DNA of 64,000 bases from Reichenbachiella sp. (GTDB lineage: Bacteria; Bacteroidota; Bacteroidia; Cytophagales; Cyclobacteriaceae), in the NCBI RefSeq assembly GCF_965223055.1, contig NZ_CBDCVM010000005.1, forward strand, positions 318,739 to 382,738, written 5' to 3'. The position numbers were made by a program, and so were the translations under genes. Below are positions 28,468 to 37,058 of the stretch, in pieces. A model generated the notes under the pieces. It worked only from the letters and a program-made list of their open reading frames with translations. It was not told where the DNA came from and did not search any database. How positions within the stretch are numbered: the first letter of the stretch is position 1; each line of letters starts with the position of its first letter.

Positions 28468-28594
28468 CGTCAATGCAAGCAAAGCGAAGCAATCTCAATC
28501 CCTTTAACCTGCATAAAATTTATACAGTAAATGGATGAAAATGATTGTCACGTCTTCTGTTTTGCATTGGCAAAACAGACTCCTCGCAATGACG
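28468..28594. repeat. CGTC-type REP inverted doublet, family B
   Basis: CGTCAATGCAAGCAAAGCGAAGCAATCTC (28468-28496) faces GATTGTCACGTC...CTCCTCGCAATGACG (28543-28594), which contains an inner hairpin TCTGTTTTGC/GCAAAACAGA. Confidence 0.7.
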
Positions 28595-28606
28595 TATTCT
28601 AATAAC

Positions 28607-28984
28607 ATGAACCTGGAACAAAACAAGAAAAACGCCGTCGACTTTTACCGAACCGCCTACGAAGGCAACCCAGCCAAGGCTGTCGAGCTGTATGTGGGTG
28701 ACGAATACATCCAGCACAATCCTGATGTGGCCAACGGCACCCAAGGCTTCATTGATTACTTCGAAAGAATGCAAAAGGAATATCCGGAGAAAAGCATAGC
28801 GTTCGTTCGGGTGATTGCTGAAGGAGACTTGGTGGCACTACACACCCATCAGACCTGGCCAGGTAATGACCAATATGTGACCATGGACTTTTTCCGTTTT
28901 GATGACAACGGCAAAATTGTAGAGCACTGGGATGCTATCCAGCAAATTCCAGAGACTTCTGCAAATCCCAATACCATGTATTGA
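28607..28984 (+). CDS. SnoaL-like / NTF2-fold protein
   Basis: Start moved to ATG 28607 because the upstream in-frame extension is REP sequence; YIQHNPDVANG, RVIAEGDLVALH, DFFRFDDNGKIVEHWD. Confidence 0.85.
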   Translation: MNLEQNKKNAVDFYRTAYEGNPAKAVELYVGDEYIQHNPDVANGTQGFIDYFERMQKEYPEKSIAFVRVIAEGDLVALHTHQTWPGNDQYVTMDFFRFDDNGKIVEHWDAIQQIPETSANPNTMY

Positions 28985-29058
28985 TCAAATTTCTTAATCT
29001 AGATTAAGAAATTCACTTTCCACTTTTCGTTCAATCGGGCAAACAAAATTTTAAAACC

Positions 29059-29754
29059 ATGATTAAATATATGTTTGGCCTGAGTATTCTATTCGCCATA
29101 AGTATTTCCAGTTGTAAACAAGAGACTGCTCCACAGGAAAGCACCTACATCAACAAAGAGTTGCCGACTATTGGCATCATCATTTTTGATGCTGTGATCA
29201 CCAATGAGATTTTGGCTCCACTCGATGTGTTTTCTAAACACACAGCTAAAGGTGAGAAGCTTTTTAATGTCGTTTTTCTTGCTGCGGAACAAAGAGCCTA
29301 TAAAACCGAAGAGGGCTTGCGCATGCTGCCTGACTTTACTTTTGACAACACCCCAGATCTGGATGTATTGGTAATTCCTAGTTCTTACGAATCTGCCAAG
29401 CAATACAAAGACCCACAGCTGGTTGGCTTCGTGAACCAGCAATATGATCAAGTGGACTATGTGGCTACCCACTGTGCCGGTGCGTTTACCCTGGCTGCCT
29501 CAGGGAAAGTCGACAATAAAGAAATGGTGACTTACATCACCGGCGGACAACGACTGAAAGAAGAGTTTCCAGCATTGGATGTGCAGGATGATGGAGTAAT
29601 CTCAGTGGCTCATGATGGCAAAGTATTTTCTTCTAATGGGAGCTTAGTGTCTTACCTTGGCTCACTGGACTTACTTGAAGCACTCACTGATCCAGCGCAC
29701 AGAAAATATGTGGAGGGTTCACTATACTTAGATCGTCTATCTGCTTCAAACTGA
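29059..29754 (+). CDS. DJ-1/PfpI family lipoprotein
   Basis: Lipobox ISSC, LAPLDVF, PDLDVLVIPS, VATHCAGAFTLAASG. Confidence 0.8.
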   Translation: MIKYMFGLSILFAISISSCKQETAPQESTYINKELPTIGIIIFDAVITNEILAPLDVFSKHTAKGEKLFNVVFLAAEQRAYKTEEGLRMLPDFTFDNTPDLDVLVIPSSYESAKQYKDPQLVGFVNQQYDQVDYVATHCAGAFTLAASGKVDNKEMVTYITGGQRLKEEFPALDVQDDGVISVAHDGKVFSSNGSLVSYLGSLDLLEALTDPAHRKYVEGSLYLDRLSASN

Positions 29755-29766
29755 TTGGACATGAAT

Positions 29767-29812
29767 AAAGCTCTGTTTATTAAACTAGTGGGGGTTGAAT
29801 AAACAGGGCTTT
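29767..29812. terminator. Hairpin after the DJ-1 gene
   Basis: AAAGCTCTGTTTATT...AATAAACAGGGCTTT, 14/15 pairs. Confidence 0.55.
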
Positions 29813-29877
29813 TGATTAATTTGGGAGGCGGATAATGAGCATTATCTTTGTTATACAAACTTTAGACCTTTACCATC

Positions 29878-30333
29878 TTGATAAACAAATCATTTGAAGA
29901 GTTTAGAATCGAAAATAGGAGGTTTGAAAAGAACATTACATTGTTTAAAACACTAGCAATTCTAACTGGAATTCTTGCTGTTTTTCGTTTGATCATCAGC
30001 CCTGAAATACTGTCTGGTTCAGGCTCTCTTTTCGATTTCGGTACAATGATAATACCCGTTGGATTATATATAGAGTATCGCAAGAAGGCCAAAGACTGGG
30101 GAGGTCAATTTATTGAGACAACACATGATACCTTAAATTTCAAAACACGAATGAGTAAACTAACAACTGTCGAACTAGATACGATAACTAGCATTCAAAT
30201 CAAACTTGATCAAGTTATTATTGGCACTACAGAATCAGAAGAACTAACAATCCATATCGAAGATTTTACAGAGTATGAAGACCGGATGTCCATTAAAAAT
30301 CATTTTTCTGTGTTAGCTAGCAAATTAGCCTAA
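29878..30333 (+). CDS. Hypothetical membrane protein
   Basis: 151 aa, two N-terminal TM segments followed by a PH-like beta-rich region. Confidence 0.55.
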   Translation: MINKSFEEFRIENRRFEKNITLFKTLAILTGILAVFRLIISPEILSGSGSLFDFGTMIIPVGLYIEYRKKAKDWGGQFIETTHDTLNFKTRMSKLTTVELDTITSIQIKLDQVIIGTTESEELTIHIEDFTEYEDRMSIKNHFSVLASKLA

Positions 30334-30411
30334 AATTGCGTCTATCGAATGTTTCCAACAAAGATGAAAAGTTCCGAGCCTTAGTAAAGCGATTTCCAAC
30401 TAATAATCCAA

Positions 30412-31227
30412 ATGAAATACCAAACCTATCAGCCACATCCGGACCTGGAATCCATTATTCGTTGTTACTGGACTTTGGAGGTTCCTGCGGACCCTAGCGC
30501 TCAAAGACAGCGCATTGTACCTGATGGGTGTATTGAAATGGCGTTTATTCTCGGAGACGATATCAAACGGTACACTTCCGAAGATTCGTTCATCCTCCAA
30601 CCGCGTGCCATGGTACTGGGACAAACCGTTGAGTCTTTTTACATCGAGCCGACCGGCTATGTTAATACCTTTGCTGTTAGTTTTTATCCCTACGGGTTCG
30701 CCAATTTCGTTGCTGTACCTATAAAATCCTTGGCCAACAAGGAAACACCGATAGAAAAGTTGTTTGACCAAAAAACGGCTATAAAGCTAACTCAGGAAAT
30801 AATTGAAGCCAAGGACGTCCGACAAAGGATAGAGATCATCGAAGGTTTTCTATTGAGTAGGCTTTCCGAAAAACCAATGGTCGATCATATTGTTAGAACA
30901 ACCATAGACACACTCCTATCAAGAAAAGGGAGTTCTTCAATAAGTAGTATTCTCAAACAAGACCCATCCAAAAGGAGACAATTGGAAAGAAACTTTGTAA
31001 AACAAATCGGCATCAGTCCAAAGCAATTGGGCAAAGTGATTCGACTTCAAAGTGCCCTAAAAATGATGCTAAACGAAGAAGGAGAAAACCTAACCAACAT
31101 CGCGTACGAAAGTGAATACTATGATCAAGCCCATTTCATTAAAGACTTCAGGGAATTTACCGGAGTGAGCCCCAAGGAGTTTTTAGGAAATGAAAATATG
31201 GCGCTTTCCTCTCTCTTCTACAAATAG
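30412..31227 (+). CDS. AraC family regulator (DUF6597-type N-terminal domain)
   Basis: QRIVPDGCIEM, RRQLERNFVKQIGISPKQL, YYDQAHFIKDFREFTGVSP. Confidence 0.92.
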   Translation: MKYQTYQPHPDLESIIRCYWTLEVPADPSAQRQRIVPDGCIEMAFILGDDIKRYTSEDSFILQPRAMVLGQTVESFYIEPTGYVNTFAVSFYPYGFANFVAVPIKSLANKETPIEKLFDQKTAIKLTQEIIEAKDVRQRIEIIEGFLLSRLSEKPMVDHIVRTTIDTLLSRKGSSSISSILKQDPSKRRQLERNFVKQIGISPKQLGKVIRLQSALKMMLNEEGENLTNIAYESEYYDQAHFIKDFREFTGVSPKEFLGNENMALSSLFYK

Positions 31228-31466
31228 ACTCGACGTCGCACTTTTACAATTTTACTCTTAGTTTCGCCCTTGTTGGTGTTGTCACCAACAAGTCACTAAG
31301 GTCAGCTTATACTTAATCAATGAAGACCTTAATAAAACAAGCAAGTTGGTCATAAGACCAACTGGGCCCTCATAGTGACCCCCCAGGGAGATTTTAGGAA
31401 ATGAAAATATGGTACTTTTCTCTTTGTTCTACAAATAGACCGGACGTCGCACTTTTACAATTTTAC
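31165..31466 (+). repeat. About 90-bp direct duplication of the araC 3' end plus downstream motif (31165-31257 and 31375-31466)
   Basis: TTTTAGGAAATGAAAATATGG...TTCTACAAATAGAC..GACGTCGCACTTTTACAATTTTACT occurs twice, flanking REP family C copy 1. Confidence 0.85.
31269..31363. repeat. REP-like inverted doublet, family C, copy 1
   Basis: CTTGTTGGTG-TTGT-CACCAACAAG and AGTTGGTC-ATAA-GACCAACT with a conserved spacer; second copy at 32949-33040. Confidence 0.8.
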
Positions 31467-31512
31467 TTCTAGCCAGGCACATACTTTTGTTTCAACAAAA
31501 CAACTAATAAGT

Positions 31513-31977
31513 ATGAAGATATTTTTCACTGCAATGATGATCTGCTGTATGGCAACTTTTCATTCAAAAGGCCAAAATATGGAGTCATCGACAAACACTA
31601 CAAAAGACATGAATAGCTTTGTTTCTATTTTTGAAATTCCTGCAACGGATATTACTCGCGCCATCGATTTTTACCAGACCATTTTAGACATTGATATTGA
31701 AAAGATGGAATTTCCAGGAATCGAAATGGGCCTTTTCCCATATGAAGACCAGGTGGTAACCGGAGTTTTGATGAAAGGAGAAGGTTATCTACCCTCATCA
31801 GCCGGAGTAACAATTTATTTGAATGGGGGTTCTGACCTTCAAATCATTCTTGACAAGATTAAAGCCAATAGAGGAAACGTGTTGATACCTAAAACGCCCC
31901 ACGCTGATGAAAGTGGTTTTTTTGCCATATTCATCGATTCCGAAGGCAACAAAATGGGATTGCATTCTACCTATTGA
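31513..31977 (+). CDS. VOC / glyoxalase family protein
   Basis: FEIPATDITRAIDFYQTIL, GVTIYLNGG, FFAIFIDSEGNKMGLHS. Confidence 0.9.
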   Translation: MKIFFTAMMICCMATFHSKGQNMESSTNTTKDMNSFVSIFEIPATDITRAIDFYQTILDIDIEKMEFPGIEMGLFPYEDQVVTGVLMKGEGYLPSSAGVTIYLNGGSDLQIILDKIKANRGNVLIPKTPHADESGFFAIFIDSEGNKMGLHSTY

Positions 31978-32149
31978 ATGTAAATAGAAATCCATACAAG
32001 GCAAGCTTGTGGCCTTTTGATATTTACATTTTTGACAGCTTAAAAATTTGATAATGGCAACAAAAAAAGGGAGAACTAAAATATTTTCGCTCATCAACTA
32101 GTAATTCTTATTTTTGATTTTCTCATCAATTGTAAGTGACCATAGCTTT

Positions 32150-32884
32150 ATGAACCTAGACAGTTACCAAGATATATTTAATGCCAGAGGAAATTCATAT
32201 GATGAGGCCATGAGGCTCTTGCCTCAAGCTCGAGCTACAGAATTTGAAAACCTTTTCAATTTTTATAAACCGTCAAAGCAAGCGGTAGTGGTAGACATAC
32301 CTAGTGGAGGAGGATATCTCAAACAGTATTTGCCAAATACAGTTAATTTCAAGCCTTTAGAAACCTCTGAAGTTTTTGCTTCTTATAGCAATAGTACACT
32401 ATGTACCTGGGACAAATTACCATTTGAAAATTCAAAGGTCGATATAGTAACTTGTTGTGCTGCGTTGCATCATGTGGAGAACAAAATGAGAATCTTATTT
32501 TTTGACGAAACATTAAGAGTGCTTAAAAAGGAAGGAGCGTTTATTTGCTGTGATGTTGAACGAGACAGCGAACAGGATGAATTTCTTAATGTTTTTGTAG
32601 ACAAACATAATCCCATAGGCCATAAGGGAAACTTCATTTCTGCATCCCTTATTGATAAATTTCCTAAGCAGTTCGAATTGGTTTCCAACAAACTAGAAAA
32701 CTACACCTGGAATCTTGGTGAAGATGAAGAAGTGGCCCTGAGGTATTTGCAATTATTGTTTGGTATTAGCGGCGCCACATTGAATTTGATTAAAAATGAA
32801 GCAGAAAAGTTGCTATGTTTTCGTTTTGAAGAGGAATTTAAAATCAACTGGCAGTTGCGGTACATCACAACTATCAAAAAGTAA
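32150..32884 (+). CDS. Class I SAM-dependent methyltransferase
   Basis: Start moved to ATG 32150; VVDIPSGGGYL, LPFENSKVDIVTCCAALHHV. Confidence 0.8.
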   Translation: MNLDSYQDIFNARGNSYDEAMRLLPQARATEFENLFNFYKPSKQAVVVDIPSGGGYLKQYLPNTVNFKPLETSEVFASYSNSTLCTWDKLPFENSKVDIVTCCAALHHVENKMRILFFDETLRVLKKEGAFICCDVERDSEQDEFLNVFVDKHNPIGHKGNFISASLIDKFPKQFELVSNKLENYTWNLGEDEEVALRYLQLLFGISGATLNLIKNEAEKLLCFRFEEEFKINWQLRYITTIKK

Positions 32885-32948
32885 GCGGCTATATCGCGAT
32901 CGTCCTTGTTTCTAGCAAAGCTCAAGGACTCGAAGAAGCTACTTCGTC

Positions 32949-33040
32949 CTTGTTGGTGTTGTCACGAACAAGTCGTTAAGGACAGCTTATACTTAAGAAG
33001 ACTTTAACAACAGAAGCCAGTTGGTCACAAGACCAACTGG
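32949..33040. repeat. REP-like inverted doublet, family C, copy 2
   Basis: CTTGTTGGTGTTGTCACGAACAAG...AGCTTATACTTAA...CCAGTTGGTC-ACAA-GACCAACTGG. Confidence 0.8.
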
Positions 33041-33292
33041 ATCAACCTAATGTGACTATCCACAACCCAAACCTACCCCGTCTCGTTACCGCATTTGTAG
33101 GACTAAGAATTAATTGCCTACCTTTGTGAAAATTATTATTAACCATTCGAGTGGAGCCAAGCCTGGCAAATGCTTTCGATGAAAGCAAAATGATCATCAT
33201 AAGATCATATCCGATAAGAAAGATTCTCACCCTTCCCCGTATCTTTGTTAGGATTGAGCAAGACTCCAATCACATCTTATTATATTCCCATA

Positions 33293-35458
33293 ATGGCGAA
33301 GAAGAAAAAAGAAAAGAGGCGGAAAATTAACCGCACAAAAAAAGTACTAAACATAGACGCTGTAAGAACGCAAGTAGCCGGACTGTTCGATGAGAACCCC
33401 GGAGAAGCCTTTACGGTCAAACAAATATTTAGCAAGGCTGGTTTGAGGGACAAACTGGCAAAAAAAGAAGGCCTCAACTTTGTGCTCGACTTAGAGCAAG
33501 AAGGCACAGTAGAGCAACTCAGAAATGGATCGTTCCGATCTAGAAAAACTAACACGGCTTCCGGACTGGAAGGCGTAGTCGATCACGTGAATCGTAGGTT
33601 TGCTTATGTCATCTGTGAAGGTGAGGAAGAGGACATTTGGGTGAAAACCGATGATCTGAAAGGCGCCATCAACGGTGATCGAGTATCTGTAAGAATTAAA
33701 AGTGGCGGTCGACATGGCAACCGACCGGAAGGTGTAGTAACAAAAATTGTATCCAGAGGGCGAACAGAGTTTGTCGGAAAGATCGAAGTACTACCTAATT
33801 ATGCCTTTGTAGTTCCTGACTTCAGAAAGATCTATCACGACATTTTTATCTACCCAGAGAAAATTGGCAAAGCCAAAACAAATGACAAAGTGCTGGTGAA
33901 AATCAAAGACTGGCATGGCGGCAAACAAAAAAATCCCGTGGGGCAAGTAGTTGAAGTACTAGGCCAAGCGGGAGATCATGAGACGGAGATTCATTCGATC
34001 ATGGCAGAGTTTGAGTTGCCCTTTCGGTTTCCTAAGAATGTAGAAGCAGCTGCAGAAAAAATTCCTGTAGAAGTTCCAAAAGAAGAAATCAAAAAGAGGA
34101 GAGACGTTCGTGGTGTGACCACTTTCACGATTGATCCGGAAGACGCAAAAGATTTTGACGATGCGATTTCAGTAGAATATCTGAAAAACGGCAACTATGA
34201 AATCGGCGTGCACATTGCCGATGTATCCCATTATGTTGAAGAAGATGGGATCTTGGATGATGAGGCCGTGAATCGAGCCACTTCGGTGTATCTCGTAGAT
34301 AGAACAATCCCAATGCTTCCCGAAAAATTATCTAATGGGCTTTGCTCTCTCAGACCAAAGGAGGAGAAGTTGACTTTCTCAGCCATGTTTGAGATTACGC
34401 CAAAAGCAGAAATCAAAAACCAATGGTTCGGCCGTACAGTCACTTACTCGGATAGACGGTTTACCTACGAGGAGGCACAAGAAAGAATAGAATCTGGCAA
34501 GGGAGATTTTCAGGAAGAAATTAATTTGCTGAACGGGCTGGCGCATCAGCTCAAAGACAAACGATTCAAAAAAGGTGCGATTGGTTTTGAAACCGTGGAG
34601 GTTAAATTCAAACTGGATGAAACCGGAAAACCAATAGGACTTTTCCCAAAAGAAAGAAAAGATGCGCATAAACTGGTGGAAGAGTTCATGCTCTTGGCCA
34701 ATAAAAAAGTAGCCGAGTTTGTATTCAACAAACATAAAGGTGACGATACCTTCGTCTACAGAACACATGATGACCCTAACCCCGAAAAGCTGGAGACATT
34801 CTCTAAGTTCGCTGCTAAGTTTGGTCATCGTATGAATCCGGGTAAGGACGTTGCAGATAATTTGAATACCCTGATGGACGACATTCATGGTAAGCCAGAG
34901 CAAAATGTGTTAGAATCATTGGCCATACGAACCATGTCGAAAGCAGTGTATACCACAGAACCGAAAGGTCACTTTGGTTTGGCGTTTCCACACTATACGC
35001 ATTTTACTTCTCCGATCAGGAGATATCCGGATGTCATGGTACATCGATTACTTCAGCATTACTTGGAAGGAGGAAAGTCTCCTAAGATAGATCCATATAA
35101 TGAGTTGTGCCGTCATTCTTCAGAACGAGAAAAAAGAGCAGCTGATGCGGAGAGAGCCTCCATAAAATACAAACAAGTTGAGTTTATGGCGATGGCTGAA
35201 AATCGTCCATTTGCAGGAATAATCTCAGGAGTTACCGAGTGGGGTATTTTTGTAGAAATCACCGAAACCAAATGTGAAGGAATGATTAGAACGTCTTCTA
35301 TGACGGATGACTTCTATGAATTCGATGAAAAGAACTTTCGCATGATTGGCAAACGAAACAAAAGGATGTTTACTTTGGGCGACGAAGTGACGGTGATGGT
35401 GGTAGACACTGACATCGACCGTAGAACCATTGACTTGGAATTTGTAGACCATGACTAA
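33293..35458 (+). CDS. rnr: Ribonuclease R
   Basis: Start moved to ATG 33293 (TATCTTTG -7 element at 33240-33247); TFTIDPEDAKDFDDAIS, HYTHFTSPIRRYPD, C-terminal S1 domain. Confidence 0.97.
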   Translation: MAKKKKEKRRKINRTKKVLNIDAVRTQVAGLFDENPGEAFTVKQIFSKAGLRDKLAKKEGLNFVLDLEQEGTVEQLRNGSFRSRKTNTASGLEGVVDHVNRRFAYVICEGEEEDIWVKTDDLKGAINGDRVSVRIKSGGRHGNRPEGVVTKIVSRGRTEFVGKIEVLPNYAFVVPDFRKIYHDIFIYPEKIGKAKTNDKVLVKIKDWHGGKQKNPVGQVVEVLGQAGDHETEIHSIMAEFELPFRFPKNVEAAAEKIPVEVPKEEIKKRRDVRGVTTFTIDPEDAKDFDDAISVEYLKNGNYEIGVHIADVSHYVEEDGILDDEAVNRATSVYLVDRTIPMLPEKLSNGLCSLRPKEEKLTFSAMFEITPKAEIKNQWFGRTVTYSDRRFTYEEAQERIESGKGDFQEEINLLNGLAHQLKDKRFKKGAIGFETVEVKFKLDETGKPIGLFPKERKDAHKLVEEFMLLANKKVAEFVFNKHKGDDTFVYRTHDDPNPEKLETFSKFAAKFGHRMNPGKDVADNLNTLMDDIHGKPEQNVLESLAIRTMSKAVYTTEPKGHFGLAFPHYTHFTSPIRRYPDVMVHRLLQHYLEGGKSPKIDPYNELCRHSSEREKRAADAERASIKYKQVEFMAMAENRPFAGIISGVTEWGIFVEITETKCEGMIRTSSMTDDFYEFDEKNFRMIGKRNKRMFTLGDEVTVMVVDTDIDRRTIDLEFVDHD

Positions 35459-36428
35459 AGACATTAAAATCTTTCAACAAAAACTTAGTGAAAGATTGCT
35501 CGAATTAGATTTGGGAAAAGAGCCCAAGGAGCTTTATGAGCCTATTCATTATACCTTGAGCTTAGGGGCGAAACGCATGCGCCCTATTTTGGCTATCATG
35601 GGTTATTTGTGTAGCAAAGAGGATTGGGAAAAAATCATTGATCCGGCATTAGCCATTGAGCTCTTCCATAATTTCACTTTGATTCATGACGATATCATGG
35701 ACGAAGCCCCTTTGCGTAGAGGAGAACCCACCGTTTACAAAAAGTGGAATAAAGATATAGCGATCCTATCTGGTGATGTACTGATGGTGATGGCCTATGA
35801 CTTGCTCATGAGAGCAGAATATTCAGACTTCAAATATATCCTTAGACTGTTCAACCAATGTGCCATAGAAGTGTGCGAGGGCCAACAGTTGGATATGAAC
35901 TTTGAGGAGACCTCGTCAGTGAGTGAAGCGGATTACCTCGAAATGATAAGACTGAAAACGGCAGTGTTGTTGGGATTTAGTTTAGAATTGGGAGGCCTCT
36001 TAGGAGGAATGTCTAAAGAGGATGCTCGGCACTTGAGAGATTTTGGAGTCAACATCGGCATTGGCTTTCAGCTGAAAGACGATTTGTTGGATGTCTATGG
36101 AGACGCTCAGAAATTCGGTAAGCAGGTGGGAGGCGACATTATTGCCAATAAAAAAACCCTGCTGTTGATCAAAGCCATTGAGCTCGCAGAGGGTAATCAA
36201 AAATTGGATCTTCATAATCTTTTGGCCAATAAAGACATAGACCCAGACAAAAAGGTAAATGAGATGAAGGCGATCTATGCGGACCTGAACATTGAAGCCA
36301 TAGCCGAAAAGGCCATGAATGACCATTTCGAAAAAGGATTCGATCAACTCAATGCTTTGGAAAAAAGCGAATACAATATAGCCCCGCTTCGTGAATTCAC
36401 TGATGCACTGATCGCACGTGATCATTAA
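35451..36428 (+). CDS. Polyprenyl diphosphate synthase (IspA/GGPP synthase type)
   Basis: KRMRP, FTLIHDDIMD (FARM), GQQLD, FQLKDDLLD (SARM). Confidence 0.95.
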   Translation: MTKDIKIFQQKLSERLLELDLGKEPKELYEPIHYTLSLGAKRMRPILAIMGYLCSKEDWEKIIDPALAIELFHNFTLIHDDIMDEAPLRRGEPTVYKKWNKDIAILSGDVLMVMAYDLLMRAEYSDFKYILRLFNQCAIEVCEGQQLDMNFEETSSVSEADYLEMIRLKTAVLLGFSLELGGLLGGMSKEDARHLRDFGVNIGIGFQLKDDLLDVYGDAQKFGKQVGGDIIANKKTLLLIKAIELAEGNQKLDLHNLLANKDIDPDKKVNEMKAIYADLNIEAIAEKAMNDHFEKGFDQLNALEKSEYNIAPLREFTDALIARDH

Positions 36429-36437
36429 ATATTATAT

Positions 36438-37058
36438 ATGTCCTGGACCATCCTCATTATCATAATCAATGTAGTAGTAAGCTACATGGGTTTTCAAAAC
36501 CACAACCTACAGTACAAACTCACCATGAACCCTGTGGCTATTTTGAGGCATGGGCAATGGTACAGAGTTATCTCTAGTGGTTTCATTCATTCCAACTGGG
36601 CGCATCTTGGATTCAACATGTTTACGTTTTACTTTTTTGGCCGATTGGTAGAGCAAATATTCATGGCGTTGAAAGGAGATCTAGGTGGTATCTACTTTGT
36701 TGTTTTTTATCTACTAGGTATTGTCATTTCAGATTTGCCTTCCTTGTTGAAGCACAAAGACCACCCTTACTATAATTCATTGGGGGCTTCGGGAGGTGTA
36801 GCAGCAGTAGTGTTTTGCAGTATTCTGTTTTTCCCAACCAATGACATTTGTCTATATGGCTTTTTGTGTATTCCGGGATTTATTCTTGGAGCGCTTTATC
36901 TGATCTACTCTTATACTAAAGGTAAGAACATTTCTGATAATGTGAATCACGATGCTCATTTGATTGGAGCAGTTTTCGGATTGGTTTTTAGCGTAGTGAT
37001 GGAGCCGAGAGTCTTAGCTAGCTTCATTCAGCAGATTTCCGAGTGGAAACTTTTTTAG
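36438..37058 (+). CDS. Rhomboid intramembrane serine protease
   Basis: WYRVISSGFIH...HLGFNM, GASGG (catalytic Ser), HDAHLIGA. Confidence 0.92.
   Translation: MSWTILIIIINVVVSYMGFQNHNLQYKLTMNPVAILRHGQWYRVISSGFIHSNWAHLGFNMFTFYFFGRLVEQIFMALKGDLGGIYFVVFYLLGIVISDLPSLLKHKDHPYYNSLGASGGVAAVVFCSILFFPTNDICLYGFLCIPGFILGALYLIYSYTKGKNISDNVNHDAHLIGAVFGLVFSVVMEPRVLASFIQQISEWKLF

Noticed and set aside
28356-28538. 60-aa ORF after fabF
   Set aside because: Made almost entirely of REP-A and REP-B sequence.
28310-33240. Classical integron attC array or CRISPR array
   Set aside because: No integrase, no consistent RYYYAAC/GTTRRRY cores, and no regularly spaced identical repeats with unique spacers.
33582-33596. 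CACGTG-centred palindrome in rnr resembling parS
   Set aside because: The flanks (CGAT...AATCG) do not match TGTT...AACA.
34379-34903. 174-aa minus strand ORF
   Set aside because: Antisense to rnr, with no protein-like features.
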